From Squalus acanthias (lineage: Eukaryota), in NCBI GenBank assembly GCA_030390025.1, contig CM059432.1, positions 2,666,001 through 2,730,000 of the forward strand: a stretch of DNA of 64,000 bases, written 5' to 3'. Below the pieces are notes generated by a model, which saw nothing but the letters and a program-made list of their open reading frames with translations, was not told where the DNA came from and did not search any database. Positions 10,923 to 23,867 of the stretch are shown piece by piece (position 1 is the stretch's first letter; every line of letters begins with the position of its first letter). Both the position numbers and the translations under genes were made by a program.

Positions 10923-11459
10923 ATGTAACACGGCCTTGTGGAAGCTGTGCGTGTGGTCCAGTTGGTGCTTTTTTTTAAATTTTAATTTTAATTTTTATAT
11001 ATAGATAGACAGATAGTTTTGCCTCTTGCAAACATACTGTTTTAACTTGATACATGTGTGCACTGCAGACTGGCTGTGGTAGATGCTACATGTGGTGGCT
11101 TGGATGGCTCTGGTTCCATACAGAAGCTTTATGCTGTGGTGAACGACAGCTCTCCAGGAAGAGCCGTGTCCATTCCAGATTATCCTGCAGCAGACGATGC
11201 AACTCTCGACAGGCCTCTCTTGTGAGACAGAGGCGATGAAGACCAGTTTACTTGAGCAGTCTTAAGAACTCGGTTCCTGATGGGTGTGGACAAAAAATTC
11301 CTCTGTTTATAGCACCTGCATTTGCTGTCACTCATGAACATGTCTTCCTCAACGACAACAACTTGTATTTAGAGAACGTATTTAACTTAGCATAACGTCC
11401 CATGGTATTTAACAAGAGCCATATCAATAAAAACACCGAGCCACAGAAGGAGATATTAG

Positions 11460-14037
11460 AAGCATAGAAGGATAGAAGATAGGAGTAGGCCATTCGGCCC
11501 TGCTCTGCCATTTAATGAGATCATGGCTGATCATCCAAATTCAGTACCCTGTCCCTGCTTTCTCCCCATATCCCTTGATCCCTTTAGCCTTAAGAAATAT
11601 ATCTATCTCCTTCTTGAATATATTTAATGAATTGGCCTCAACTGCCTTCTGTGGTAGAGAATTCCACAAGTTCACCACTCTCTGGGTGAAGAAATTCCTC
11701 CTCATCTCAGTCCTAAATGGCTTACCCCTTATCCTTCGACTGTGACCCCTGGTTCTGGACTCCTCCGCCATCGGGAACATCCTTCCTGCATCTAGTCTGT
11801 CTAGTCCTGTTAGAATTTTATAAGTTTCAATGAGATCCCCTCTCATTCTTCTAAACTCTAGCGAATATAAGCCTAATCGACCCAATCTCTCTTCATATGT
11901 CATTCCTGCCATCCCAGGTATCAGTCTGGTAAATCTTCGCTGCACTCCCTCCATGGCAAGAACATCCTTCCTCAGATAAGGCGACCAAAACTGCACACAA
12001 TACTCAAGGTGTGGTCTCACCAAGGCCTTGTACAACTGCAGCAAGACATCCTTGCTCCTGTACGCGAATCCTCTCGCTATGAAGGCCAACATACCATTTG
12101 CCGCCTTAACCGCCTGCTGCACCTGCATGCTTACCTTCAGCGACTGGTGCACAAGGACTCCCAGATCTCGTTGCACTTCCCCTTTTCCCAATCTATTGCC
12201 GTTCAGATAATCTGTCTTGTTTTTGCCACCAAAGTGGATAACCTTGCATTTATCCACATTATACTGCATCTGCCCAATCACCCAACCTGTCCAAATCATA
12301 CTGGCGTTTCTCTGCATCCTCTTCACAGCACACACGCCCACCCAGCTTTGTGTCATCTGCAAACTTGGAGATATTACATCTGGTTCCCTTGTCTAGATCA
12401 TTAATATATATTGTGAATAGCTGGGGTCCTAGCACTGATCCCTGCAGTACCCCACTAGTCACTGCCTGCCACTCGGAAAAAGACCCGTTTATTCCAACTC
12501 TTTGCTTCCTGTCTGCCAACCAGTTCTCCATCCAAGTCAGTACCTTACCCCCAATCCCATGTGCTTTAACTTTGCACGCTAATCTCTTATGCGGGACCTT
12601 ATCGAAAGCCTTCTGAAAGTCCAAATACACCACATCCACTGTTTCTCCCTTATCTATTCTACCAGTTACATCCTCAAAAAATTCCAGTAGATTAGTCAGG
12701 CATGATTTACCTTTTGTAAATCCATGTTGACTTTGTCCGATCCTGTCATGTTTTCCAAGTGCTCTGCTATTACATCTTTTATAATGGACTCTAGCATTTT
12801 CCCCACTACCGATGTCAGGCTTACCGGTCTATAATTCCCTGTTTCTTTTCTCTACCACCTTTTTTAAATAGTGGGGTTACATTAGCTACCCTCCAATCCA
12901 TGGGAACTGTTCGAGTCTATAGAATTTTGAAAGATGATCAGCAATGCATCTACTATTTCTAGGGCCACTTCCTTAAGTACCCTAGGATGTAGATTCAGGC
13001 CCTGGGGATTTATCAGCCTTCAATCAGTCAATTTCCCTAACACCATTTCCCTACAAATACTGATTTCATTCAATTCCTCCCTCTCATTAGACCCTATGTT
13101 CCCTGACATCTCTGGGAGTTTATTTCTGTCCTCCTTTGTGAAGACAGAACCAAAGTATGTATTTAATTGGTCTGCCATTTCTTTGTTCCCCATTATAAAT
13201 TCCCCTGATTCTGACTGCAAGGGACCTACGCTTGACTTCACCAATCTTTTTCTCTTCACAGATCTATAGAAGCTTTTACAGTCAGTTTTTATGTTCCCTG
13301 CAAGCTTACTCTCATATTCTATTTTCCCCCTCTTAATTAATCCCTTTGTCCTCCTTTGCTGAATCCTAAACTGCTCCCAATCCTCAGGTTTGCTGCTTTT
13401 TCTGGCCAATTTATATGGCCTCTCCTTGGATCTTATGCTATCCCTAATTTCCCTTGTTAGCCACGGTTGAGTCACCCTTTTTGTTTTATTTTTATGCCAA
13501 ACAGGGATAAACAAATTCTGTAGTTCATTCATGCGATGTTTAAATGTTTGCCATTGCCTATCCACCGTCAACCCTTTAAGTAACACTCCCCAATCCATCC
13601 TAGCCAACTTGCGCTTCATACCATCGTAGTTTCCTTTATTTAAATTCAGGACCCTAGTCTCTGAGTCAACTACTTCACTCTCCATCGTAATGAAGAATTC
13701 GATCATATTATGATCGCTCCTCCCCAAGGGGCCTCGCACAACAAGATTGCTAATTAATCCTTTCTCATTACATAATACCCAGTCTAAGATGGCCTGATCT
13801 CTAGTTGGTTCCTCGACATATTGGTCCAGGAAACCATCCCGTATACACTCTAGGAATTCCTCCTCCACAGTATTGTTACTAATTTCGTTAGCCCAATCTA
13901 TATGTAGATTAAAGTCACCCATGATAACTGCTGTGCCCTTATTGCACGCGTCTCTAATTTCCTGTTTAATGCCATCCCCAACCTCAGTATTACTGTTTGG
14001 GGGTCTGTATACAACTCCCACAAACGTTTTCTGCCCA
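11460..14037 (-). mobile_element. Longest CR1 LINE copy: APE endonuclease, tether, RT and 3' UTR; frameshifted, with internal deletions
   Basis: 13020-14021 has GVVYRPP, IMGDFN and SDHNMIEF (APE EN); 12259-12639 has VYLDFQKAFDKVPH, QGSVLGP and FADDTK (RT); 11541-12362 is the C-terminus. Inserted in an L2 tail (11352-11459 continues at 14041). Confidence 0.95.
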
Positions 14038-14040
14038 AAA

Positions 14041-14290
14041 GGACAGGTGACCCAAAAGCTTGGTCAAAGAGGTAGGTTTTAAGGAGCGTCTTAAAGGAGG
14101 CGAGAGAAGCGGAGAGGTTTAGTGAGGGAATTCCAGAGCTTAGGGCCCAGGCAGCTGAAGTCAGGGCTGCCAATGGTGGAGCGATTATAATCGGGGATGC
14201 TCAAGAGGCCAGAATTGGAGGAGCACAGAGATTGCGGAAGGTTGTGAGGCTGGAGGAGGAGGATGCAGAGATGGGGAGGGATGGAGGTAT
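14041..14290 (-). mobile_element. L2 LINE 3' fragment (continuation of 11352-11459)
   Basis: ggacaggtgacccaaaagcttggtcaaagaggtagg continues ...aaggagatattag, as in intact copies (48165, 9920). Confidence 0.8.
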
Positions 14291-14674
14291 TTGGAATAAA
14301 TTCTCATCCATATCGTGCAGTGCTATGGTAAACCCCGACAGGAATTGCATCTTGCTTTGTAAGGTGGAATTTGAATGGCAGCAGCAACGATAGAATAATG
14401 GAGAGTTCTGACTAAGAAAAGAAGGAAAAGTGGCACCAAAGCCAAACTAATGCATGGAGCAAAATGTAATCGCAAATACAAAAAGGACCCTGAACAATAA
14501 TTACCCTTTTTAAGAAATTTAACTCCACAGGCCAGGACACAGGACTTCCTTAGGCGCCTATTTAATGCTTTGTTTAACATACTCAAACCAGCCGCCAGTG
14601 AGTCTTTACACTGATTGTGGAGCTTTGTAGAATAAACTGGTTCACCTGTTCATCAATAATTTGCATTTATATAG

Positions 14675-15095
14675 AATCATTGAATAGTACAGCACAGAAG
14701 GAGGCCATTCGGCCCATCGAATCTGCACCGGCTCTTTCGAAGAGCAATCCAGTTAGTCTCCCACTGCCCCACGCTCTCCCCATATCCCTGCAATTTTTTT
14801 CTCCTTCCAGTTTTTGTCCAATTCCCTTTTGAAGCTACTATTGACTCTCTATCCACCGCCCTATCAGGCAGCGCCTTCCAATTCCTAACCACTCGTTGCG
14901 TAAAAAAGTTTTCCCTCTGGTTCTTTTGCCAATCACCTTAAATCTGGGCCCTCTGGTTATCGACCCTTCAGCCATTGGAAACAGTTTCACTTTATTTACT
15001 CTACCTAAATCCTTCATGATTTTAAACACCTCCATCAAATCTCCTCTTGGCCTTCTCTGCTTCATGGAGAACAACCCCAGCTTCTCTATCCGCGT
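14675..15095 (-). mobile_element. CR1 LINE 3' fragment
   Basis: QRRPRGDLMEVFKIMK peptide and CR1 tail. Confidence 0.85.
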
Positions 15096-15387
15096 AACTA
15101 TATAGTGCCTTTAACACACCCTGGAGGTGGTTCTGATGGTGTTTTGACTATAAATTGATGGCTGAAAATTCCTGTTTAATGAGAACTAAATTGTCTCTGC
15201 TCGTTTTATCTGAACAGTTTTGTCAAAAACACTGAACAACTCTTTTGACTCTCCTTTCTTTTGAGGCGGGGGAGAGAACTGTCAAACGCTATTCAAAGAA
15301 GACAGTGGTTCTGCAAACACCTTTGTGGTACGTTTGGAAAGCCATTGTTCTGATTCACTAAACCTTGTACTGTCATAGTTTTATTTC

Positions 15388-15840
15388 GTGTCAGCCCTGG
15401 CTCCGTGGGTATCCGTCTGAGTCAGAAGGTATGTGTTCAAGTCCCATTCTTAGGCGTAAAAAATCTAAGCTGACACTCCCGGTGCAGTGCTGAGGGAGCG
15501 CTGCACTGTCAAAGGCGCCGTCTTTCGAATGAGACATTAAACTGAGGGCCCTGTCTGCTCTCTCAAATGGATGTCAAAGATCCCATGGCCACTATTTCGA
15601 AGAAGGGCTGGGGAGTTCTCCCCCGGTGTCCTGGGGCCAATATTTATCCCTCAATCAACATCACTAAAACAGATTATCTGGTCATTATCACATTGCTTTT
15701 TGTGGGAGCTTGCTGTGCGCAAATTGGCTGCCACGTTTCCTGCATTACAACAGTGACTACACTTCAAAAAGTACTTCATTGGCTGTAAAGCACTTTGGAA
15801 CTTCCTGAGGACGTGAAAGGCGCTATAGAAATGCAAGCCC
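15388..15840 (+). mobile_element. Deu-domain SINE
   Basis: Head gtgtcagccctggctc, B-box gttcaagtccc, Deu core and L2-type tail. Confidence 0.88.
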
Positions 15841-16244
15841 TTTTTAATTTGAGTGCTGCAATAATGGAGTGACCCGACTGTGACATCACAATTTAAAGCA
15901 TTTTTCAAAGCTCTTAAGCTAACTGAACAGGGAATATTTGACGGGAGAATTTGTAAGTTGCGTGGTCATTTTTAGCATTATTAAACATAGCTAGAATGCC
16001 AGTTCGAGAGGCATGTTTTATTTCTGAACTCGTACATTGCAGTTGTACAGTGTCACAAAACTGTAGTTCCAACGGTTCTCTGGAAATGATGTCTATTGAC
16101 TGCAGTTATGTTGGCTGTATGCGTAATAGTGTTGGTAATTTGCTATCAGATCCTCGCGCCACCATTCTAGACTCTCCTAATGAGTTGTAAGTGTGCAGAA
16201 TGCTTTCCATCCTAGAAATATCAAGCTATTTGGCTGTTTAAAAA

Positions 16245-16870
16245 GCATCCTGTGCTTTATAAATAGAGGCATAGAGTACAAAAGCAAGGATGTTATGCTC
16301 AACCTTTTCCAGATCACTGGTTAGGCCTGAGCTGGAGTATATTCTCCACTTCTGGGCACCACACTTTAGGAAAGATGTCAAGGCCTTGGAGAGGGGGCAG
16401 AGGAGATTTACTAGAATAGTACCAGGGATGAGGGATTTCAGTTATGTGGAGAGACTGGAGAAGCTGGGATTGTTCTCCTTGAGGGAAGATTTAATAGAGG
16501 CGTTCAAAATTATGAGGGGTTTTGAGTGAGTAAATAAGGAGAAACTGTTTCCACTGGCAGGAGGGCTGGTAACCAGAGGGGACAGATTTAAGATAATGGC
16601 AACAAAAAAGAGGGAAAATGTAGAATTTTTTTTTCTTTTACCCAGCAAGTTATGATCTGGAATGTGCTGCCTGAAAGGGCGGTGGAAGCAGATTCAGTCG
16701 TGACTTTCAAAAGGAAATTGGATAAAGACTAGAAAAGTTTAAAAAAAAAAAATTTTTTAATTAAAAAAAAAAATTGCATGGCTATGGGGAAAGAGCAGGG
16801 TGAGTGCGACTAACTGGATATCTCGGCACGATGGGCCGAATTACCACCACCTGTGCTGTACGATTCTATT
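16245..16870 (+). mobile_element. CR1 LINE 3' fragment
   Basis: LVRPELEY..FWAPHFRKDVKALER peptide and CR1 tail. Confidence 0.85.
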
Positions 16871-16934
16871 AGTGGCAAATAACTGAGGGAGGAATAAACC
16901 GTGACAAAATCAGTAGATTGTGCAGAGTAGCGCA

Positions 16935-18183
16935 AAATGGCAATTGTAACGCCATTATTTAAGAAAGGAGGGAGAGACAAAACGAGGAACGACAGACCAG
17001 TTAGTCTGACATCAGCAATAGGAAAAATGCTAGAATCTATTACTAAGGACATGGTAACAGGGCACTTAGAAAATAATAGGATTGGGCAGAGTCAACACCG
17101 ATTTATGAAAGGGTAATGGTGGTTAACGGACAGAAAACAGAGAGTAGGAATAAACTGGTCATTTTCGGGTTGGCAGGCTGTAACTCGTGGGGTACTGCAA
17201 GGATCAGTGCTTGGGCCTCAGCTATTCATAATCTATTTGGATGAGGGGACCAAATGTAACACATCCAAGTTTGCTGATGATACAAAGCTGGGTGGGAATG
17301 TAAGTTGTGAGGAGATGCAAGGAGGCTTCAAGAGGATATAGACAGGCTAAGTGAGTGGGCAAGAACATGGCAAATGGAATATAATATGGAGAAATGTGAA
17401 GTTATCCACTTTGGTAGGAAAAGTAGAAAAGCAGAGTATTTTTTAAATGGTGAGAGATTGGGAAATGTTGGTGTTCAGAGGGACCTGGGTGTCCTTGTAC
17501 ACGAATCACTGAAAGTTAACATGCAGGTACAGCAAGCAATTAGGAAAACAAATGGTATGTTGGCCTTTATTACAAGAGGATTTGAGTACAAGAGTAAAGA
17601 CGTCTTACTGCAATTATATAGGGCCCTGGTGAGATCGCATCTGGAGTATTGTGTACAGTTTTGGTCTCCTTACCTAAGAAAGGATATACTTGCCATAGAG
17701 GGAGTGCAACGAAGGTTCACCAGACTGGTTCCTGGGATGGGGGGGATTGTCCTATGAGGAGAGATTGAGTAGACTAGGCCTTTATTCTCTGGAGTTTGGA
17801 AGAATGAGAGGTGATCTCATTGAAACATACAAAATTCTTACAGGGCTTGACAGGGTAGATGCAGGGAGGATGTTTCCCCTGGCTGGGGAGTCTAGAACCA
17901 GGGGTCACAGTCACAGAATAAGGGGTCGGCCATTTAGGACTGAGATGAGGAGAAATTTCTTCACTCAGAGGGTGGTGAATCTTTGGAATTCTCTACCCCA
18001 GAGGGCTGTGGAGGCTCAGTCGTTGAGTATATACAAGACCGAGATCGATAGATTTTTGAATATTAAGGGAATTGAGGGATATGGGGATAGTTCAGGAAAG
18101 TGGAGATGAGGTAGAAGATCAGCCATGATCTTATTGCAAGCTCGAGGGGCCAAATGGCCTACTCCTACTCCTGTTATGTTCTT
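16935..18183 (+). mobile_element. CR1 LINE (RT to 3' UTR, internally deleted)
   Basis: ORFs 17374-17757 and 17747-18109 are the CR1 ORF2 C-terminus; upstream RT fragments (caaggatcagtgcttgggcc, tttgctgatgatacaaag). Confidence 0.92.
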
Positions 18184-18195
18184 ACAATAGCTGAA

Positions 18196-18878
18196 GCATA
18201 GAAACAGAAAAATAGGAGCAGGAGCAGGCCATTCGGCCCTTCGAGCCTGCTCCACCATTCAATATGAATATGGTTGATCCTCTATCTCAATACCATATTT
18301 CCGCTCTCTCCCCTTACCCCTTGATGCCTTTTGTATCTAGAAATCTATCTATCTCCTTCTTAAATAATATTCAGTGACTTGGCCTCCACAGCCTTCTGTG
18401 GTAGAGAATTCCACAGGTTCACCACCCTCTGAGTGAAGAAATTTCTCCTCATCTCAGTCCTAAATGTCCTACCCCGTATCCTGAGACTGTGACCCCTCGT
18501 TCTAGACCCCCCCAGCCAGGAGAAACATCCTCCCTGCATCCAGTCTGTATAGCCCTGTCAGAATTTTACACGTTTCAATGAGATCCCCTCTCATTCTTCT
18601 AAACTCTAGTGAATACAGGCCGAGTCGACCCAATCTCTCCTCATACGACAGTCCTGCCATCCCAGGAACCAGTCTGGTGAACCTTCGCTGCACTCCCTCT
18701 ATGGCAAATATATCCTTTCATAGGTAAGGAGACCAAACTGCACACAGTACTCCAGGTGTGGTCTCACCAAGGCCCTGTACAACTGTAGTAAGACATCCTT
18801 GCTCCTGTACTCAAATCCTCTTGCAATGAAGGCCAACATACCATTTGCCTTCCTAACTGCTTGCTCCACCTGCATGTT
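18196..18878 (-). mobile_element. CR1 LINE 3' fragment, tail-to-tail with the previous copy
   Basis: ORFs 18502-18693 and 18699-19040 carry CR1 peptides; tail catagaaacagaaaaataggagcagg. Confidence 0.92.
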
Positions 18879-19139
18879 TGCATGAAGTTGGATAATGTTA
18901 CGCACTGCATCAGGGGTGGAATAGCCTAATGTCTGGTTGATTTCCTCTGAATCCCTTGATTGTGTTTTATCTTTGTAATCCACTCCGTAATTGGTGGTGT
19001 TGATGCGGTTTTGGGCTTCAGGATTACTACGCCATAACAAACACTACTGTTTGGATGCAAACTTAGCATCTCCTGGAATATTGGTTTGGTGTCATTAAAA
19101 CTTGTAGGGAACTAGTTTTGGGATGTAAAGAGACTAAAG

Positions 19140-19606
19140 AAAGACTTGCATTTCGACAGCGCCTTTCATGAACTCTGGTCATCCAAAACGCTTTACAACC
19201 AATGAAGTACTTTTAAAGTGTAGTCACTGTTGTAATGTGGGAAACTCAGCAGCCAATTTGCACACAGCAAGCTCCCACAGACAGCAATGTGATAATGACC
19301 AGATAATCTGTTTTAGTGATGTTGATTGAGGGATAAATAGTGGCCAGGACACCGCGGGAGAACTTCCCTGCTCTTCTTCGAAATAGTGCCATGGGATCTT
19401 TTATATCCACCTGAGAGAGAGTGCAGACGGAGCCTCGGTTTAACGCCTCATCCGAAAGACGGCACCTCTGACAGCGCAGTGCTCCCTCAGTACTGCACTG
19501 CATTGTCAGTCTAGATTTTTGCACTCAAGTCTCCGGAGTGGGACTTTGAACCCACAACCGTCTGACTTGGAGGAGAGGGTGCTACCCATTGAGCCACGGC
19601 TGACAC
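19140..19606 (-). mobile_element. Deu-domain SINE, full length
   Basis: Reverse complement of the head (gtgtcagccgtggctca), core and tail. Confidence 0.9.
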
Positions 19607-19699
19607 TTCAGCCTTGTATTATCAGCTGTTGGTGATAATTCTTTAATTGTATACCTCACTTCTATGTTTGCCTCAAATTACAAGTGTAGATTCCAAATG

Positions 19700-20392
19700 T
19701 AAGAATGTGGAACTCGCTACCACATGGGGTGGTTGAGGGTGCTCGCATGGTTGCATTTAATGGGAAGCTAAATAAGTACATGAGGGAGAAAGGAATAGAA
19801 GGATATGCTGATAGGGTGAGATTAAGTAGGGTGGGAGGAGGCTCGTGTGGAGCATAAACACCGGCACAGACCAGTTGGGCTGAATGGCCTAAGAATTAGG
19901 ATCAGGAGTCGGCCATACGGCCCCTCAAGCCTGCTCCGCCATTCAATAAGATCATGGCTGATCATCGACCTCAACTCCACATTCCCGCCCGATCCTCATA
20001 TCCCTTGATTCCCCTCGAGTCCAAAAATCTATTGATCTCAGCCTTGAATATACTCAACGACTCAGCATCCACAGCCCTCTGGGGCAGAGAATTCCAAAGA
20101 TTCACAACCCTCTGAGTGAAGAAATTCCTCCTCATCTCAGTCTTAAATGGCCGACCCCTTATCCTGAGACTATGCCCCCTAGTTCTAGACACTCCAGCCA
20201 GGGGAAACGACCTCTCAGCATCTACCCTGTCAATCCCCCTCAGCATCTTCTACATTTCAATGAGATCACCTCTCTTTTAAACTCCAGAGAGTATCGGCTC
20301 AATCTCTCCTCCATCGGACAATCCTCTCATCCCAGGAAACAACATCGAAATGGCCTGTTCCTGTGCTGTAAAATGCCATGTAATTCTATGTA
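19700..20392. mobile_element. CR1 tail (+) interrupted by a CR1 3' fragment (-; ~19891-20340)
   Basis: + tail ...gggctgaatggcct resumes as aatggcctgttcctgtgctg at ~20349; minus ORF 19971-20246 is the CR1 C-terminus. Confidence 0.85.
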
Positions 20393-20556
20393 TATTTCTA
20401 CTGTGATGGAAAAATACAACTCCTGCATCTGAGTTACTCCTTTTAATGAGTGGAATTTGAAGTGTAACAAATGACCCAACTTCCTCCAGTCCTCGTGAGG
20501 ACCAGTCACCATTTCTACATCATTTGATGCTATTGCACGTTTTGGGCTACAGAGTA

Positions 20557-21990
20557 CATAACCTAAGAAATAGGAGCAGGAGTCGGCCATTAGGCCCCTC
20601 GAGCCTGCTCCGCCATTCAGTAAGATCATGACTGATCTGATCTTGGCCTCAACTCCACTTTCCTGCCTGTTCCCCATAACCCTAGACTCCCCTGTAGCTC
20701 AAATATCTGTCTGTCTCCGTCTTGAATATATTCACTGACTCAGCCTCCACTGCAAACTGGATATTTTTTCTCTTTCCCCCCCCCCCCCCAGCCCCCACCC
20801 CCCAACTCCTCTGCAGATATGGTTATATTGAAGTGTTTTGCAAAGGTCGTGTGCAGCAATAGCTGCTGCTGAAAAGTGATGCTGTACTGTATTAAACCAC
20901 TAAGGGGTGCCACAGTATACAGGGATGCTGATAAAATGTAGTCTTCCCTTTTCTACAGTATTGCATGAGTGGAACAGTAGGGGGCCGCTTGGGCATTTTT
21001 CAAGAACCGATTCTGAAGGTTTGTTTAGAAAGCCAAAGGGGAAGATGAGAATTTTTTTCGCTCGGCGAATTATTGTGATCAGGATTCGATAGTAACTTTC
21101 ACAAGGGAATTTGGATAAATACTAAAAAGGAAAAATTTGCAGGACCCTGGGGAAAGAGCAGGGGGGAGTGGGACTAATTGGAGAGCTCTTTCAAAGAGCC
21201 GGCACAGGCACGACGGGCCGAGTGGCCTCCTCCTGTGCTGTATCATTCTATGTTTCTGTAAGGCTTTGTATCCTTCTGTTCCTGATTTACTTTCGAGGTA
21301 AAAATATGGCATTGCTGAAAAGTCTGAAACATTTACATCTCAATGATTTGGTGATTTCCAATTTAGCAACATGTAAAGGGGAACTCCGCAGATGGACTGG
21401 CTCGGATTATAACTTGATCTATGACCTAACCGGTTCCATACTACAGCACATTGAGCACCAACACATGCGGTGACACTGGCCATAGAATAAACTAATAGAT
21501 CTCCATGGTGTTTACTAAGATTTACCAGGATGTTGCCAGGACTGGAGCATTCCAGCTGTGAGGAAAGATTGGATAGACTGGGGTTGTTTTCTTTGGAACA
21601 GAGGAGGCTGAGGGGAGACTTGATTGAGGTGTATAAGATTATGAGGGGTCTAGATAGAGTGGCTAGGAAGAACCTATTTCCCTTAGCAGAGAAGTCAATA
21701 AACACAGGGCATAAATTTAAAGTAATTGGTAGAAGGATAGGAGGGGAGTTGAGAAAAGAATTTTTTCACCGAGGGTGGTGGGGGTCTGGAACTCACTGCC
21801 TGAAAGGGTGGTAGAGGCAGAAACACTCATCACATTTAAAAAGTACTTGGATATGCACTTGAAGTGTCGTAACCTACAGGGCTAAGGACCAAGAGCTGGA
21901 AAGTGGGATTAGGCTGGAGAGCTCTCTTTCGGCCGGCGCAGACACGATGGGCCGAATGGTCTCCTTCTGTGCTGTATATTTCTGCTTCTG
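20557..21990. mobile_element. Cluster of CR1 3' fragments (20557-20755 -, 21035-21250 +, 21515-21985 +)
   Basis: CR1 tails and the peptide LFSLEQRRLRGDLIEVYKIMRGLDRV. Confidence 0.8.
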
Positions 21991-22346
21991 TGATTCTATT
22001 ACTCACAAGTGAGTCAGATCTGTACAAAGAACAGGGGAGTTGGGCAAAGTCGTATTCCCAGGGCCACTGACTCAGCCTTGGGGTTGTCCTGGTATGTGGA
22101 CCATTGGAACAAGAGTAGGCCATTCGGCCCTCAAGCCTGTTCCGCCACTTGCAAGTCTGTCTACAGCTGTAGTGTTGTTCAGTTAGTGTATCCAAAATGT
22201 TTAATAGGTGGAGGTTATCTTTATCTTTATTGCCGCACCAGTCAACCTCTGGTTGGGTGCTGGGGAAAGAAAAGTTATCTTTGCAGATCAGCCATGCCTG
22301 TCTGTCTATAAGGATTGTGTACATTAGATGGTGTAATGCAACTGGA

Positions 22347-22720
22347 TGTCAGCCGTGGCTCAGTGGGTAGCACCCTCGCCTCTGAGTCAGACGGTTGTGG
22401 GTTCAAGTCCCACTCCAGAGACTTGAGCACAAAAATCTAGGCTGGCACTCCCAGTGCTGTCGGAGGTGCCGTCTTTCGGATGAGACGTTAAACTGAGACC
22501 CTGTCTGCCCCCTCAGGTGGACGTAAAAGATCCCATGGCACTATTTTCAAGAGCAATGTCCTGGGCCAATATTTTGCCCTCAACCAGCATCACTTAAAAA
22601 CAGATTATCTGATCATTATCACGTTGCTGTTTGTGGGACCTTGCTGTGCGCAAATTGGCTGTTAAGTGCTTTGGGATGTCCTGAGGTCATGAAACGAGCT
22701 ATATAAATGCAAGTCTTTTC
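22347..22720 (+). mobile_element. Deu-domain SINE with internal deletions
   Basis: tgtcagccgtggctcagtgggtagc head, gggttcaagtccc B-box, Deu core. Confidence 0.88.
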
Positions 22721-22777
22721 TTTTAGGCCATCCCAAAGTACAGATTTGGCCTGATAGATTTTTTAAATTATGTATGG

Positions 22778-23400
22778 GTCCAAAAATGTGTGGGTTAGGT
22801 TGATTTGGCTATGATAAATTGACCCTTAGTGTTAGGGGGGATTAAATATGTGGGGTTATGGGGATAGGATGGGATATGTTAGGGGGAATTAAATACGTGG
22901 GGTTACGGGGGTAGGGTGGGATATGTGTACTGTGGGGATTAAAGCAGGGATAGGGTACTGGATTTGGATGATCAGCCATGATCGTATTGAATGGCGGAGC
23001 AGGCTCGACGGGCCGAATGGCCTACTCCTGCTCCTAGATTCTATGTTTCTATGTTTCTATGTTTCTATGTATGTGTTGGACAGGGTAGACGTGAGGAGAA
23101 TGTTTCCACTTGTGGGAGAATCCAAAACTAGGGGCCATAAATACAGGATAATTGCTGGCTGATCCAACAGGGAAATGAGCAATTTCTTTGCTCGGAGAGT
23201 GACTAGAATGTGCAACGTGCTACCACAGGAAGTGGTTGAGGGGAATAGCATAGATGCATTCAAAAGGAAACTAGTACATGAGAGAAAAGAGAATAGAAAG
23301 ATATGTTGAAAGGCTGAGATGAAGGAGATGGACTGGGAGGAGGCTCGTGTGGAGTATAAACAGGGCCGAGTGGTCTGTTTCTGTGCTGTATATTCTACCT
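22778..23400 (+). mobile_element. V-SINE 3' fragment followed by a CR1 tail with (CTATGTTT)n and another CR1 fragment
   Basis: 22778-22925 matches 51611-51710; ctatgttt repeats at 23041-23070; peptide LDRVDVRRMFPLVGESKTRGH. Confidence 0.75.
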
Positions 23401-23525
23401 AATTCTGTGTGTTTTGCATCACAAATGGGACCAACTGTTGAGCTTGAAGTCGTTCTGCTTTCTTCTATGCATGGTAAATAATGGCCTTCTCCTGACACTG
23501 TTAAATGTCTGTTTTAATTCTCCAG

Positions 23526-23695
23526 GGACGAGGATGACATCAATGACGTGGCCTCGATGGCTGGGGTCAACATCAATGAAGAGAATGCATGCATCCTTGC
23601 AACAAATTCCGAGTTGGTGGGCGCCATAATCCGGTCCTGTAAAGACGAAGCATTCCTCTCCTCTGTATCCCTGCAGAAAAAAACTTTAGAAATAG
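23526..23695 (+). CDS. TAF4B: TAF4B coding exon (DEDDINDVASMAGVNINEENACILATNSELVGAIIRSCKDEAFLSSVSLQKKTLEI)
   Basis: ttctccag acceptor and ATAG|gtagg donor; 170 nt, phase 2 to 1; DEDD and NEENACILATNSELVG match TAF4B as I recall it (TAF4 has DDDD and SEESARILATNSELVG). Confidence 0.96.
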
Positions 23696-23867
23696 GTAGG
23701 TGTCAGAGTCCCGGCACACACGGTTCAATGTTTAAAGGTATAGCGGGTAAAATTCAACTTCGGGAGCCCAGAAACGGGCAGTATCTGAGCGGACGCCCAT
23801 TATAGAACTGACTTCAATGGAAATGTGATGGGGCGGTCTGCTGCATGCCTCTGTTACCTCCAGACTC

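Noticed and set aside
11541..14021. Functional reverse transcriptase/endonuclease gene
   Set aside because: Split over several frames with frameshifts and deletions, 5' truncated; a dead CR1 copy.
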